From a bacterium (GTDB taxonomy: Bacteria > Hinthialibacterota > Hinthialibacteria > Hinthialibacterales > G963663365): a stretch of DNA of 64,000 nt. Location of the stretch: positions 1,256,319 to 1,320,318 of the forward strand of contig CAXXIH010000008.1 of assembly GCA_963663365.2 (NCBI GenBank), read 5' to 3'. The notes beneath the pieces are model-generated. The model searched no databases. It saw only the letters and a program-made list of their open reading frames with translations, and had not been told where the DNA came from. Positions 63,377-64,000 of this stretch are shown here, in pieces (within the stretch, counting starts at the first letter, position 1; each line of letters starts with the position of its first letter). The translations under genes were made by a program, and so were the position numbers.

Positions 63377-64000
63377 TTATGGCTGAAAAGACCGTACCGC
63401 ATCCACAACGCGGCGAAATTCTTCATCGGTCATGTCCGGAAAACAGGGCAAGGTTAAAATCCGCTGCCACAGTTTCTCAGCCTTCGGACATTTCGCTCCC
63501 CGTTCCCGATAATAGGGATGCAGATGAATAGGATAATAATGCACACCGGGGGCGATGTTGTTCTTTTTTAAATGCGCGATGAGCTCATCGCGGCGTTCCA
63601 GTTTAATATGATAGATATGCCATGAAGACTCGCAACCGTCTCTTTCAATTGGACACTCCACCCAGCCTAAATCGGCGAATGCCTCCGAATAACGTTCGGC
63701 AAGACGCCGCCGGGCGGCATTGTTTTCCGGCAAACGCTGGAGTTGGACAATCCCCAATGCCGAGCCAAGATCACTGCCGTGCGCTTTCCAGCCCAATTCA
63801 TTGACATCGTAATGCCACGCGTAGACCTGGTTTTCATCCGTTCGCACGTATGTATCCTTTGAGATGCCCAGCCAGCGTAATTCACGCAGTTTTTTGGCGG
63901 GCCCGGCATCTTGTACGGCGATTGCACCGCCCTCACCGCATGTCAAATTCTTGACGGCATGAAATGAAAAGGCGGTAAATGGCGAGATATTGCCAACAAT
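63377..64000 (-). CDS. DegT/DnrJ/EryC1/StrS family aminotransferase (partial; N-terminus beyond the window edge)
   Basis: The frame is open to nt 64000. 'FSFHAVKNLTCGEGGAI' contains the PLP-lysine motif. The C-terminal 'ILTLP.FP.MT..E...V' is typical. Confidence 0.88.
   Translation of the reverse strand: MVGNISPFTAFSFHAVKNLTCGEGGAIAVQDAGPAKKLRELRWLGISKDTYVRTDENQVYAWHYDVNELGWKAHGSDLGSALGIVQLQRLPENNAARRRLAERYSEAFADLGWVECPIERDGCESSWHIYHIKLERRDELIAHLKKNNIAPGVHYYPIHLHPYYRERGAKCPKAEKLWQRILTLPCFPDMTDEEFRRVVDAVRSFQP

Overview
This 64-kb window looks like chromosomal DNA from a Gram-negative, probably uncultured bacterium. Overall GC is roughly 50-55% by eye. The gene content hints at a PVC-like or candidate-phylum genome: ThuA, GH38 mannosidase, DUF1318, many TPR lipoproteins, orphan secretins and GGGAGGGCGA-type intergenic repeats. 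I cannot assign taxonomy from sequence alone.

Most of the window is housekeeping and envelope genes:
- Core and redox genes: acyP, argH, lepA, ferritin, a 2-Cys peroxiredoxin, tpiA, rnhA, tRNA-Leu(UAA), an OYE flavoprotein, an ABC exporter, and a DUF547/TVP38/FAD-disulfide-reductase operon.
- Envelope genes: several GT2, GT9 and GT-C glycosyltransferases, an O-antigen-ligase/PCP locus, a B12-radical-SAM enzyme and a partial DegT aminotransferase.

I found no rRNA, CRISPR array, integrase or transposase.

Observations worth a second look:
1. Three AT-richer cargo blocks lie at about 10.9-12.0 kb, 19.1-22.4 kb and 35.6-36.6 kb. Each has the same roughly 140-nt segment on its 5' side. That segment corresponds to the last ~22 codons of a DUF3109-like gene plus its downstream DNA. 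Each block has a mosaic of short hairpin-forming repeats on its 3' side.
2. Block 1 holds a standalone GIY-YIG protein, a coiled-coil/Zn-ribbon protein and a stub of a P-loop ATPase interrupted by a nonsense codon.
3. Block 2 starts with a G12 homopolymer right after an ATG. It also contains an ORF pair separated only by an in-frame TAA.
4. Two tandem soluble proteins combine a FliG C-terminal-like domain with a MotA cytoplasmic-loop-like domain. They sit in a polysaccharide locus with no flagellar context. An orphan FliK-like gene lies about 20 kb away.
5. A TPR/FxLYD-like lipoprotein is followed by two truncated secretin paralogs with no ATPase, pilin or platform genes.

All homology calls come from motif recognition by eye, with no searches run. 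Coordinates of small features were hand-counted and may be off by 1-2 nt.
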